This document shows, piece after piece, positions 50,601-62,208 of a stretch of 64,000 nt of DNA (positions within the stretch are counted from its first letter, which is position 1; the number at the start of each line of letters is the position of its first letter). The notes beneath the pieces are model-generated. The model ran no database searches. It was not told the origin of the DNA and saw only the letters and a list, made by a program, of their open reading frames with translations. Source of the stretch: Nemertoderma westbladi (lineage: Eukaryota > Animalia > Xenacoelomorpha). The stretch covers positions 1 through 64,000 of the forward strand of contig JAUCBJ010000417.1 of assembly GCA_032718475.1 (NCBI GenBank), given 5' to 3'. The position numbers and the translations under genes were made by a program.

Positions 50601-51242
50601 GTAGCCAATTTATCGACCCCAGCCTGGTGTACCACTGAGGGACGCGGTCCTTGTTGTCCCGGGCGACGACCGAGCCGGTATTTCTCCTGGAGGGTTCTCA
50701 TACTCATATCTTTCAGTTGCGGGGGTAAACCGCTTGTGGTCGCAACTCCTACAAGCGTCTTTGCGGTAGGTCGCTGTTGGTTGATTACCTTCCGCCGACC
50801 TTGTCAGCATGTCTAGCCATTGGTTGATTACCTTCCGCCTATCCATGGCCTACAGCCCTGCTGCCGACTGCAGGGGTCCTTTGTTACACCTTGAACCAAG
50901 TGTGCCTCCTGGGTTAGGTTACCTAACACTGGTAGAGGAGCATCCAGTATAGACAGGGCGGGGCTTGTATCATCTCTAATGCAGATGCGTATCAAGCCTT
51001 TGCCTTCAATGGTGCCCTAGGCGCTATAGCCCTCAATGACTTATTTAGTTGACGGGGCTGAACCAACCCACTCTTGATCAACTAAATAATGAATAGGCTA
51101 TGCTTATCGGGCCTGCCCTACTGGGCTGACAGCTACAGGTAGTACCACATTACTGCCATAGTGGTAGCAGGATCTGGGGACCTGACCTGACCGGATCTGA
51201 CCTGACCGGACCTGACCTGACCGGACCTGACCTGACCGGACC
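47662..51242 (-). mobile_element. Full-length RTE-like LINE family B
   Basis: 14-bp TSD GTAAGCTTATTATA (47648-47661 / 51243-51256), (TAG)n 3' tail, 5' end of GGTCC/GGTCA pentamer repeats, single APE-RT ORF. Confidence 0.93.
47668..50707 (-). pseudogene. LINE B APE-RT ORF, frameshifted at the RT catalytic motif
   Basis: IATMNACTL, CIQEHR, GDLNA, SDHRIV (APE); QNGFRP, FVDFKKAFDS, GILQGDTLAP (RT). The expected DFADDIALL is broken near 48404. C-terminus HGKRSRGRP...REAW. Confidence 0.9.
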
Positions 51243-51493
51243 GTAAGCTTATTATATTTATATAAATTTAGGCTGAAATTATATACCGGTATTCTGTGAC
51301 TGATCCTAGTCTGTAAATAATACTTATATATATACTATAAGTGTACACCGGTATTTTAATATTAATTATATATATCACGTTACACTGAGTAACGGTATCG
51401 GTAACTAACTACTAGGCTGACAGTTGATACTGATTCTTCTGGACTTGCTTTAACTGTCGTTATAGTAGTAGACATTCAACTGTAAAATAAATC

Positions 51494-52605
51494 ATGTCTG
51501 ACACAAAGCAAACACTGTCAGATAGTCTCCTAGAAAGAACAATCTGTGACCCAGATAAAAGTATCGAACATCTAAGACCAAAGTCCAAGTCCCCTCCTAC
51601 TGTAAGAAAGGTCATCCCTACAGTAGTAGTATCAGACCCTAGGCTAGTAAAGCACCATGGGTCTATTATAGGCACTAGGGCTCAAGTTAAGCTAGACCAA
51701 GAGACAGCTGTTAAACAGCAGCAGCACCCGAGCCGAGAACTTATTTCTCAACAGCAGAATAACTCTAGTAGTTCCGACACTGAAGAGTTAACGCCCGAGA
51801 TCGGAACAAGGATGGCAGAAGAGGTTTACCCAGATCCACTTCTAATTCTTCCGGGGCCGTACTCACTAGAGTATTGATCGCTGTGGAGGAACATCAAGCC
51901 GATTGGACGAGAAATAAGAGATCGACCAGGGACAGTTATGCGGGATACACGATGGAGGAACTAAGGTCTATTGTAGAGACGCAATGGTACTTCCTCGGAC
52001 TCCCGTTTAACTTATCGGAAGCTGCCTGGGAGGACTTATACAGAATGGGAATAGTAAGGGACACTAGAGATCCAGCTGTATGGAAGAGGTCAGCAGCAGG
52101 ATATGTCCAGGGATTCTTCAGCTCTTTGGAGCGATTAGAAGAACACCTATTTCAACAATGTCAAAGACCTCAAGAGCAGGGAGAGCTGCTTTATCAAGTG
52201 CGAGAACGAATCTTATGGATCAGATTAATCCTTTCAGCCTTTGAGGAAGCCTCGAAGAGAAGCCAAGACACGTCGTTGCAAGTAGCTGTAAAGACTTGGT
52301 TCCAACGAGTGAGTGTTAAGGCCCAGGGAACGACACAATGGAAAGTTCAGCTAACTGAGTGCATGACCCACGGAGAATCAACAGATGCCACCTTTTCTCA
52401 AGTGGAAGGCGAAGCGATATCCAAAAAACCTCAGAAGAAGAAGGATGCGATTGACATCTATCTGTCGGATTATCAACGATTTATAGGTGACAAAGAGCTA
52501 AGGAGACGGCTAGCTGGACTTCACCCCAATAGTGAGGTAGCCAAATTCGTGTTAGATTCTTTAGATGCGGAAATATTAGCTGCAGAGCAAATAATGTCCA
52601 TTTAA
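51494..52605 (+). pseudogene. Element 2 gag N-terminal remnant (frameshift; deletion removes the rest of gag and all of pol)
   Basis: Homologous to aa 1-365 of 15736-20337. At ~52595 it joins sequence equivalent to element 1 ~20725. Confidence 0.9.
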
Positions 52606-53596
52606 CAGTAGCGTTGAAACGTAAAATAAATCTGTTAAACCCTTTGACCATCTGAAATTCTAGTCGATTAAGATATCACGGCACCCACCGATATACTTGA
52701 AAGACAAAATTCTAGAATCAGTGGTTAACGTCCCCAGACATGTTCTGGAATAAATCGGTGCCCATCTTAAATATTTATAAAATCTGTTAAAACAAATGTT
52801 ACAATAGAGTAAATGCTGACAAATTAACTCTAGAAAATCTATAAATCAAAATCTGTTAAAATTTAGATCCTCTAAAATTCTAGTCGATTAAGATATCGTA
52901 GCACTTACCGATACTCTTAAAAAGACAAAATTTCTAGAATTAAGGATCCTAGTTCCCAGACATGTTCTGGAATAAAATTGTGTCTATTTAATATCAAATA
53001 ATAAAATTCACGGGAATAAATTTTAAATTCATATCCTCTCATGAATTTGATAAATTGTCATTTTATACAATTTATAACATTCCCAAAATTCCATTAATTA
53101 ATAGATCATGGGAGCGGAGATTCACCCTATTAAGTATATTAGTGTGCGAGAATCTCCAGTGTACAGTACATAGCCGATAAAATTCATAAAATCATGTATA
53201 AGGGGAACATAATAATAACGTGGCATTCTGGAAGGCACTTGACTAACGGACAAATGGCCTGAATGTGTACAAATTGTGACAGGAGTGTGGAATTTGTGTA
53301 TTTATAGGTGAATGCTACTACTAAAGTGTGTTTACAGTAGCGAGTCGCAGTTGTGAAAGTTACCCTGCCTCTGTAGCAAGAACCTCCAGTAAATCTAAGC
53401 CCTTGGGACAGACATTGGAGTGACTCGCGCTGGTTATTGTTGTCGTTGTGTAGCTACTATGTTGGCAAAAGGCACAGCGATGACAGTACATCAGCGCTGA
53501 GGATCTTGCGCTGTCCGGGGGCACTGAGGGGGAGGCAGCGACGACCGCTAGCCTAATCATTATTAATAATAATATTGATAAACTCATATAGCAGCT

Positions 53597-56500
53597 ATGA
53601 CTGAGTTAATAGAAGATGATCTTGGTATCAGGGAGCGATATACCCTACCATTGCAAGCGTTTGTTGATAGTTTAATAAGCGGCGACGCTAGTCAACTTAC
53701 TACGGAGGACGATGGCCGTTATATCGAACCGCCAATGTCAAAGGAACAGCTCACGCGTGAATTGGACTATAGAAAATTCACCGCTCGCTATACGCATCGT
53801 AATGGTACGTATATGGACTTCTTAACTACTGGTCATCCTATCGATTTACACGAAACGGACGATGTAGACACCGAAAGGGAAATGATCCTATTTAAATATC
53901 ATACCCAGTGGAGTCGGAATGATAAACTGAGAATCAAACATGAAAATTCTATTCGAAACCGACTCAAAAGAGAAGACGTTGAAGAGCCGGATAAACGCAG
54001 TGACTTCAACGAATATTTGGAATTCTTGAGAGAAACATATCTCAATGTGGCCAGTCAACAAAATCTAGAAACTCGATATCCTCAAGGTATACATCATAAC
54101 TCTATGATAGAACTCAAACGACTCTATTTCACTATGATGTATCTTACCGCCGATCGACCACTACCTGTTGTACCGGATAGCTTCGAACAGATGGAGGAAT
54201 ATTGTAAAACTGGAGAAAGATCACCCGCGTTTCCCCTACAAGACGTGCGTCTTTGGTATTATTGCGATGAATGCCCTAGACCCAACCAACAAACGGAAAG
54301 ACACAAACATCCGCTGATACGTTGCGCTAAACACAGTTTCACTCGCTATACTTACGGGAGTTTCGAGCGAAACTTGTTCGACGTATCACCCACACTCGCT
54401 CGACTCAAACGATCCTTAAATAAACCTATGATCAGAGTTCCGGAATACTCGGTCAGACCTCCGCATTCCCTGGTGAGACCTCAGACTCTTGATCCTAATA
54501 GTATGGCAGATCCTCCTGAACTGTACTCATTGTTCAAAGATCTAGTCTTACCCGAACAATTAGTCGGTGGCACTCCGGTTGTGGGCTCCCTAGATATATG
54601 CCCATCCTACCTAGCCGGATTGGGACGTGGACATCTAATATCGCCGTTCAACCCATATAAACGTCCCGGTTTAACCCCGATACAACCCATCACCGAGGTG
54701 GAAGAGAGCGTTGTACAAAACGCATTAGACGCTATTCGACAAAAGATCGGAAAAGGAACTTACGATTGTTTAGACAAACGTAAATTGCAACAGCAAGTCC
54801 AAGCGGTAAAAGAATTAGCTTTACCTCAGTTCGATTGGGAAATCCAGAATCTCGAAGAAGATATCGAACTTGGACGAACCTACTCTCTACAAGAGTTTTT
54901 AGACGAACGCTTCCAATGACAAGCGGAGGAAAATCAGCTCGAGGAGAAGCACATCGAAATGGACGAGAGAGAAGAAGCAGCTTTAGCCCAGCCAGAAGCT
55001 CAAATCCTTATGACTGATCTCTATTCCAAAACCATTATTTATCCTTCGATGGTTCCCCATTTCAGAGACAAACTCTTCGCCATGGTACAACCCCAACCAG
55101 TTGATATCAACTTAAGATCTAGAGATCTTATCGCTGACGCTCCTATGTTGCAAAGTCCGCCAATCGAGGCCGCTCGTGTCGACGGTATACTCGTTTAACC
55201 TCCGGACAAACGAGCGGATCTTGTCCGTGGTATGGTACACGAGGTCAACCTACGTGCTAGACCTTTACCGAACTCATTTTATGGAATCAAAGATCACCCC
55301 TATTATGTCAATTTAACTCAATATTATATGGTGAAACCGGAAGATCCTACACACAGTTTAAGGTTTCTACCACTGATAAACCCCCTAGATCTTGTTGAAC
55401 TCGAACAACTACAGAAACATCTAGATCAATTGGTCAAAGTAAACTCATTCAGAAAACCTTATAATGTTTCAAGAATAGAAAAGGATATAATGCCTCCGTA
55501 TAATCTCGATGGATTTATTAAAACTCGATTAGTCCATTGGAATCTCGATGTATTATTCGAGGAAGAGAGAATACAGCGATATGGAGATGCAGAGACTTAT
55601 ACTACACATTATCTGAAGTATAGCGTTCTACCTAACGCAAGCGAACGCGCCACCTTATGGCATCCGGTGGGTATGACCATAGAATACGCCACCAAAGAGT
55701 GGAACGAAACTCTTAACGTTATCGAAATGTATGGAGTTGTCACTTACGATAACAAAGGTAGCGTTCCGGTTGGAGAACTGGGAACTACGCAAATGATACA
55801 CATATGTAGACTAGCTGGTTCTACCCATGTGTTTACTCGAGCGTGTTCCGACGTGATCGATTATTCTTTTGAGACTCTCACCGAGATACAAAAGAAACTC
55901 TGACATGGACAATTCAAACTCGCGCAGCGTTATGTTACCGATACCGAGCGCAAACCGGCCATGGGTATAGATGGATCGATGCTACCCCAGCCAGTGCTCG
56001 AGATGCTGTTTGACGAGAGAATCCTTAAAATCGGCTCGGCTGTTTATGGAGATCTCCAAAATGACTTCAGAAACATGGAGAATATCCCATATCCTTTCGT
56101 AGACACCCAGCTGATTGCTCCATGGTCAGAAGGCCGAGGTTTCTTCCGAACTATGTATGCTAATACATCCAGCGGAATCAATAAAGTACAACTAACCTCT
56201 ATCGGACATCTTGCCTTCCAAGAATATGGATGGAATTTCAAGGTCGGAAACCCTGTCAGCTACCAACAAGTATATGGAGATCATTATTCTCGATTATACT
56301 TTGACGGACCATTAACCACACCTGGCGTCGTTTATAGCTTCATGAGTGTTACACTCCATCCCTCATTAGCTATATACACTATCTTCGAGAACGCCGCACT
56401 TGCCGGTTGGCTAGCCGATGTGTGCAGTCGCACTATACGAGCCCATCCCTTGTTACTTGGAACCAAACTCGCCAAGCTAGATGAACACAATAAATTCATC

Positions 56501-57851
56501 CGATTCGAATGCTTTAGGCGCTTTCTGACTCCGTTCCGTAACGTTGGTAGTCAGTTCAAGGACCGCGCTCTGACCCAGCTCAGCTTAAGAGACTCAGCTG
56601 CTGAGAAGTTGGACAGCCCTGGATTCGCCATTTTTAAGGACATTTGTATACAGAACTTACATTCATCTGTCATACAAAGACCCCGAATCCCCACAGGTTA
56701 TTCTATCGTGGAAGTTGAAACAGTGGGTTTGCTTGAGGAGACAGCTACACCTACCTCAGCTATGCAATTGGAAGACAAACCAATTTGCTTAGAATCCGAG
56801 GAGATTCAACCCACAGCGCCCAGGAGCAGTGACAATGACTACGTTCTGGAATGGTATCAAGGTCCACAATGTCTCACTGCATATTACTATCGGCATGCCA
56901 ATTATGTTTCTAGGAAACGTTGCCGATTATGCGCATCACGAGATCACTTCACCCCGGTGGACTCCAGCGTACCCTGCTCCTACTTTAAAGATCAACCTTC
57001 TATGGAGATTTATTGTATTGTATTGTATACTCAATAACCTACACATCTTCGCAGTCTGTCCTCAATTTATGACTCAATGTCATCATTGCCAGTTTAAAGG
57101 ACACGCAAGTTTCGATTGGCCTTTCAACCGAGATCTAGAAAGCGTAGACGAAATGGTTGCCCTGCGTTATATTCGAGCCTGGGAAGCTAACGCGGATCTC
57201 CATTGCGAATCACGTCATCAATACTACCCTGGACGTGCCTATGAAGGAGTCTATGCGTTTCACCCATATCTCTTTGCTTCTGTTGAGCAAAAATCTCACA
57301 CCCCTAGCTACGAGCTAATGAAGCGTGTTGGCGAGAATATTTCGACTAAATTTGTTTGCAAGTACCTTAGGAATATTAATCCTAACGACCTTAATTCCTA
57401 TAACTTGATCAACCTCATCCGTCAAGATCCGGAATATGGTGACTTGTTCATAAACTCGCATCCAGAGCTACAAGAAGTTCAGAGACAACCCTATGAATAT
57501 AGAGCCCGAGAACGCGAGTTGGAAAGAACCATCAAACTGAGGCAATTTCTCACTACTCACGGTCCACCTACCGCTCTCGTGCAAACGACTCGTCAGGGAC
57601 CAGTAAGAGCTGCTGTCCTGAAACGCGCTCTAAAGGTTGTTCGACCTCGTTCCACTGAGGTTGATATCGATCAACCGGGTACCTCGACCGGCGGATACAC
57701 CGACCGTCATCCTAAACCTTCGGATGCAATCGTATTGCACCCATCACCCAGGTGTTATAGCCCTTCTAGTAAAGTGGCTCACCCCAAAGAGAAAAGGACT
57801 CTTACTAGCCTTAAAAAACTTTGTAAACGCCGTTCACGAAAGAAGGACTAA
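53597..57851 (+). pseudogene. Extra ORF2 of the BEL/Pao family (~1,417 aa reconstructed): degenerate DEDDy exonuclease-like domain + zinc knuckles + basic tail
   Basis: Track ORFs 53597, 54959, 55232 and 55961 are all in one frame separated by single stops (TGA, TAA, TGA). One +1 frameshift near 57020 relative to element 1. Confidence 0.85.
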
Positions 57852-57929
57852 TAGTTTAGAGTATTTTTGTATTTTATAAACTGTGATTTTTTATATTTTA
57901 TAGACTTAAATCCCATTTTCTGGGAGTGG

Positions 57930-59063
57930 TTTAAAAGCTTTTGCGGACATAACAAGTCATTTTTACGCAATGCGCAGAATACTCTAAAATAGCCCTAAAT
58001 TTATCCAACTACGCGACGGGAAGGAATTAGAACCAAGATGACGAAATCTGTCAGCTGATTCTTTGTGGACGTGGAGGTTCTTTGTTCTGCCTTATTCAGC
58101 CAATCAGAGCGATTTTCACTTTATGTCTAACAGAAACCTATGGAAACTCGCGCAATGCATTATGGTCTTTGTTTACTATTTTCTGAGCATCAGAGCCAGC
58201 TCGGATTTTTCTGTGCTTCTGTGTGGAAGTTTTAGACTTTGGCCTAGGAACATCAGATGGCCTTGATTATAAGAACGTAAAACTATTAACCTGGATACAC
58301 CCTGGATCACTGGATACACTCTGAATCACTTACCTGATCATACTCAACTCACCTGACTGCCTGACTTTCATACTCAATAAGTAACACATGCTGACTGTTC
58401 ACCGCATTATTTTACTTCTGTGTGGAGGTCTTTTATTAATTGTTGTTATATTAATGGATATTGCTGTTATATTTGGAGAATACGGATAAATAATCATAAA
58501 CCCCTCAATCTTCTTGATTACTGAGGTAAGGGGAACATGTTTACCGGTAGAAACTGCGACTTAAATTAAAGTGGTTTTTGTGTGAATTAAATGCTATTTC
58601 ATAATCCCTACGTGTGTCAGTTGCGATCCTCCTTATATATGATAAAATTCAATGACGGTCGACAGATTAGTGCAAATTAGTGTGAAGTAGTGTGAAGTCG
58701 TGTGAAGTAGTGTGAAGGTTAATAAAGCATCTCCTAAAGAATGCGCTATTTACGAAACTCTGTGGCCATCTAGTTGTGATTAGTATAAGTCATAACTCTG
58801 CTTTTATACTTAAAGCGCTTAAATACTTTGTCAGAGATTATATAGTAGCGATCAATCGAATAATACAGTAGGTCTACACTGCAATAACTCTCAAGGAATC
58901 CGAATCCAGTCTCCCACACCGTGGGTCATACGCCGCGCACGCACTGGCTTCGGCTGATGTAACTTCAGTACACTAGGTAATTGATATAGGCTAAATTCGA
59001 TTTATAAACAAGAAGACAACTAAAATTGGCAGGTTAAACTGCTAAGGTCTAAAAGCGCGAACA
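57930..59063 (+). repeat. 3' LTR of element 2
   Basis: Preceded by GGGAGTGG; starts TT (TG mutated); ends GCGAACA followed by GATTGG. Confidence 0.95.
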
Positions 59064-59441
59064 GATTGGTCTGTCCGTTGTCCATGTTTTCTGTGTCCAG
59101 TCCACCTTTTTCAAACACCTCCAATTGACTTGCAGAGCTATTACACGTCGTTCAGGGTAGGGTGTTTGGGTATCACGATTAGGGGTGCGGTGCAGTCACG
59201 CTACCTACAAATACAATACTAAATTATAAATTAATTTACGAGTTTGTACAGTGAATTTGTATATATTCTATATTCCGTTATCTATATTCCTGTCTATTCT
59301 ATCAATTATAGTGGAACCGTAGGCTACTTAAGAGAATTAAAAGTACAAACTCATAAAAATAAATAAATACAAAAAATCTCCATGATTGCAAATGATTACT
59401 TCCACTATGATGGATATAACTTTGTGGAAGTGTTGGCAGTG

Positions 59442-62208
59442 TATGGTGGCCCATGGCTGCCACTATAAAACTCTTGATAAAATATTTAAATAATAAATAA
59501 GTGGAAAAAATATCTTGAAAAAAAATAATTAAAAAAATGTCTTAAAAAAAATAAGTAAAATAAAATATCTTAAAAAAATCTCAGTAAAAAATATCTAGGA
59601 AAAAAAAGGTAAAAAAATACTCACGAAAAAATTTCCATATAATATAAATACCGTTAAAGAAAAAAAATACCCCATGTGGCCCAGGGCTACCATCACCCCA
59701 TAATCAGATAACAGTTGGCCCATGGCTGCCATTAAAAAAGCAAATAGTAAAAAAAATAAAATACCCCCTCGTGGCACAGGGCTGCCACTGCCCCCAGAAT
59801 CAGTAATAGTATTGGACCATGGCTGCCATTAAAATACTAATAGTAAAAAAATAAAATACCCCCTCGTGGCCCAGGGCTGCCACTGCCCCCAAGATCAGTA
59901 ATACATGGACCATGGCTGCCAGACTACTGCGGGGCGAGCCACGATTTAATCCTTTAATCAACCTGTCGTTCTGTCACTTTTTTTTTTTGCAGTGTTCAAT
60001 TTTAAACGTTAATAACTCGGCCAATCTTCGATGAAATCTATCCAAACTTGGTACACATGTTGATTGGCAAAAGTTTAGAAATTTTTCAAGTTGAATTTCC
60101 GTGTGGTCTTCTTGAAGCTAAGATAATAGCAGTTAATTAGTTAATTAAGTTGATTACTGTAAAAACACCATTTTCAACCTGCCTTTTAAAGGAACTTAAT
60201 TATTTTATAGTATAAGATTTAAATAATTATACTTAAAAGTTATATAGCTGTAATCCCATACCCCATTACATTGTAGGTTTTAATTAGTTCATGTGATTAA
60301 TTTTCTTTAATAAATGTGTCTTTAATTGATCTAAACGTAATTAAACGGCACAATTATTGAGTACAAATTTACTCCTGCCCATTATTGGTTAATATAGTCT
60401 CTGCGGGGGTGTGGAGCAGCTACAGTAGCTGCTGGGAGTTTTTACTGAAGCTTAACCAGAGGGGAATTGTAATATATATAATTTAAATACCCATATTACT
60501 ACATCGACATACGATGCGTTGGCGTTGTATCACACATCTCCACATAGATGTATCAGCAGTTACTCGCTCGCACATTTTCGAAACTTCGCATTGTTATAAC
60601 TGTATAAAGGTCGTCAGTCTTCGTTACAAAACAGGACGAGCGACGAGCGCGATGAGGCATATAATGAAGGCGATTACTGCGTAGACTATATTCCTATAAA
60701 CCATACCTGGCTTTGCCTATTGAAGGCATCGGTAGTTATAAAGATCGTCCGTCAGTCTGCGTTTAGGAAATATATTTAAATACAAAACAGGACGAGCACA
60801 ACGAGGCTTATAATGAAGACGACTTATACAGCAGTGTCATACAGTATATCGCGTATCCCTTGGTTTAGTATACATCACTATTCTTTATTCAAGTATAACT
60901 GAACCCTGGCCTGCCCCCTTCACCCTCCACTGATATTTTAAAAATCGTAACTCATTCAATCTTTGACTAAATTATGCCAAACTTGGTAAACATGTAATCT
61001 TGTCTATTGACTAAAATAGGCACAACTTTCTAAAATTTTCCCTGTAGAACAGGTTACAGTTTTATTTTTAGTAGTAAACAAGCTATTATTTTCGTCGATT
61101 TTCACCTAGGGAGGGAAGAATATTGATTGCGATCCCCCCACCCCCCTTTACCTTCCCATTTCCCATTATCATCACGGTCGCGCATACAGTAGTCTGTCAA
61201 AAGATATAATTCATTTACATTACAGCACTATAATTCATTATAAACATAACAAGATTAATTATAATAATTCTAAAGATATAAGGCAGATTATCCTAAAGTT
61301 AGCTCTATAGACTTTATCAATCTTATACAAGACTTATAAAATAATAATTGATGTTGAATAATTATTATTAAGATTAAAATAAATTAGTAGGAATTCGAAG
61401 AAAGCGAATTCTATTGAGTTAGTATTGGCAGGTTAATCTCACAAACCAGTCTAACTTTACAGTAGCCTCGTTCGCATTGTTCCAGGTTTCTGGGTTTATA
61501 GACTCCACCGTCTGACCGTCTTCGTTCCAGGTTTAATAGACTCCGTCGTCTTCGGTTCTAGGTTTAGTAGACACCGTTGTCGCGTTGTCCGTCTCGATCG
61601 CTATGCACCATATCGTACTGGGTTTAATAAACTCCATCGCCTTCTTGTCGTTCTGTGTTTTGTAGATTACCTCGGTATACCTCGCTGCCTCGCCATTGTC
61701 TGATTATATATTATACATATTGTAATACAACTGTAATAGACTCCGTCGCCATCGTATCGTTCTGGATTGAATAGACTCCGTTGTCCATTAGCGATCGTTT
61801 CATTGTTTACGTTTAATGACTCCGTCGCCTTCTCGGATTACAGGATTAGGAATCCGGGTTTCGTAGATTCCGCCATCGTTCAGCAGTTCAGTGTTTATAA
61901 TCAAAGCCAGATTCCGGTACCGGCACCACGATCAACGATTTCGGAAGTAGTAAGAGGCTCTATCAACAACTCTCGGGGTTTAAAAAATACAACTGAGGGC
62001 AACTTGTAACTGAGCGATCCGATCCGTATTTTTTTTACCTTTTTTTTCAGGATATTTATTACTGAGATTTTTTTTAAGATATTTTATTTCACTTGTTTTT
62101 TTCAAGATGTTTTTTTTTACTTATTTTTTTTTCAAGATATTTTTTCCACTTATTTTTTATTTAAATATTTCATCAAGAGTTTTATAGTGGCAGCCATGGG
62201 CCACCATA
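59442..62208. mobile_element. Long-TIR non-autonomous element of unclear superfamily
   Basis: TATGGTGGCCCATGGCTGCCACTATAAAACTCTTGAT... (~170 bp) at 59442 is inverted at ~62040-62208. Subterminal CCATGGCTGCCA repeats. Flanks GCAGTG/GTAGTG may be a decayed TSD. Confidence 0.65.
59927..60830 (-). mobile_element. Helentron/HINE-like element copy B
   Basis: Reverse complement of 35670-36152 and of the 148-bp core repeats. Confidence 0.55.

Larger units (their letters stand above)
38739..59063 (+). mobile_element. BEL/Pao LTR retrotransposon element 2 (non-autonomous, older, with nested insertions)
   Basis: LTRs 38739-39901 and 57930-59063, 6-bp TSD GATTGG (38733-38738 / 59064-59069). Leader, gag N-terminus, spacer and ORF2 are all homologous to element 1. 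Confidence 0.92.
36206..59119. mobile_element. Non-autonomous TIR element hosting nested insertions
   Basis: GGTGTTTGAAAAAGGTGGACTGGACACAGAAAAC...GGACAGACCAATC at 36206 is the inverse of 59064-59119. Internal AAAAAGGTGGAC/CCAATC repeats. Split by two MITEs and LTR element 2. Confidence 0.7.

Noticed and set aside
53360-53587. Antisense 75-aa ORF with a signal-like start
   Set aside because: Not conserved in element 1 (stop and frameshift).
61480-61900. Diverged TAGACTCCGTCGCC repeats and an 80-aa ORF
   Set aside because: Degenerate repeats inside a TIR element with no coding signature.
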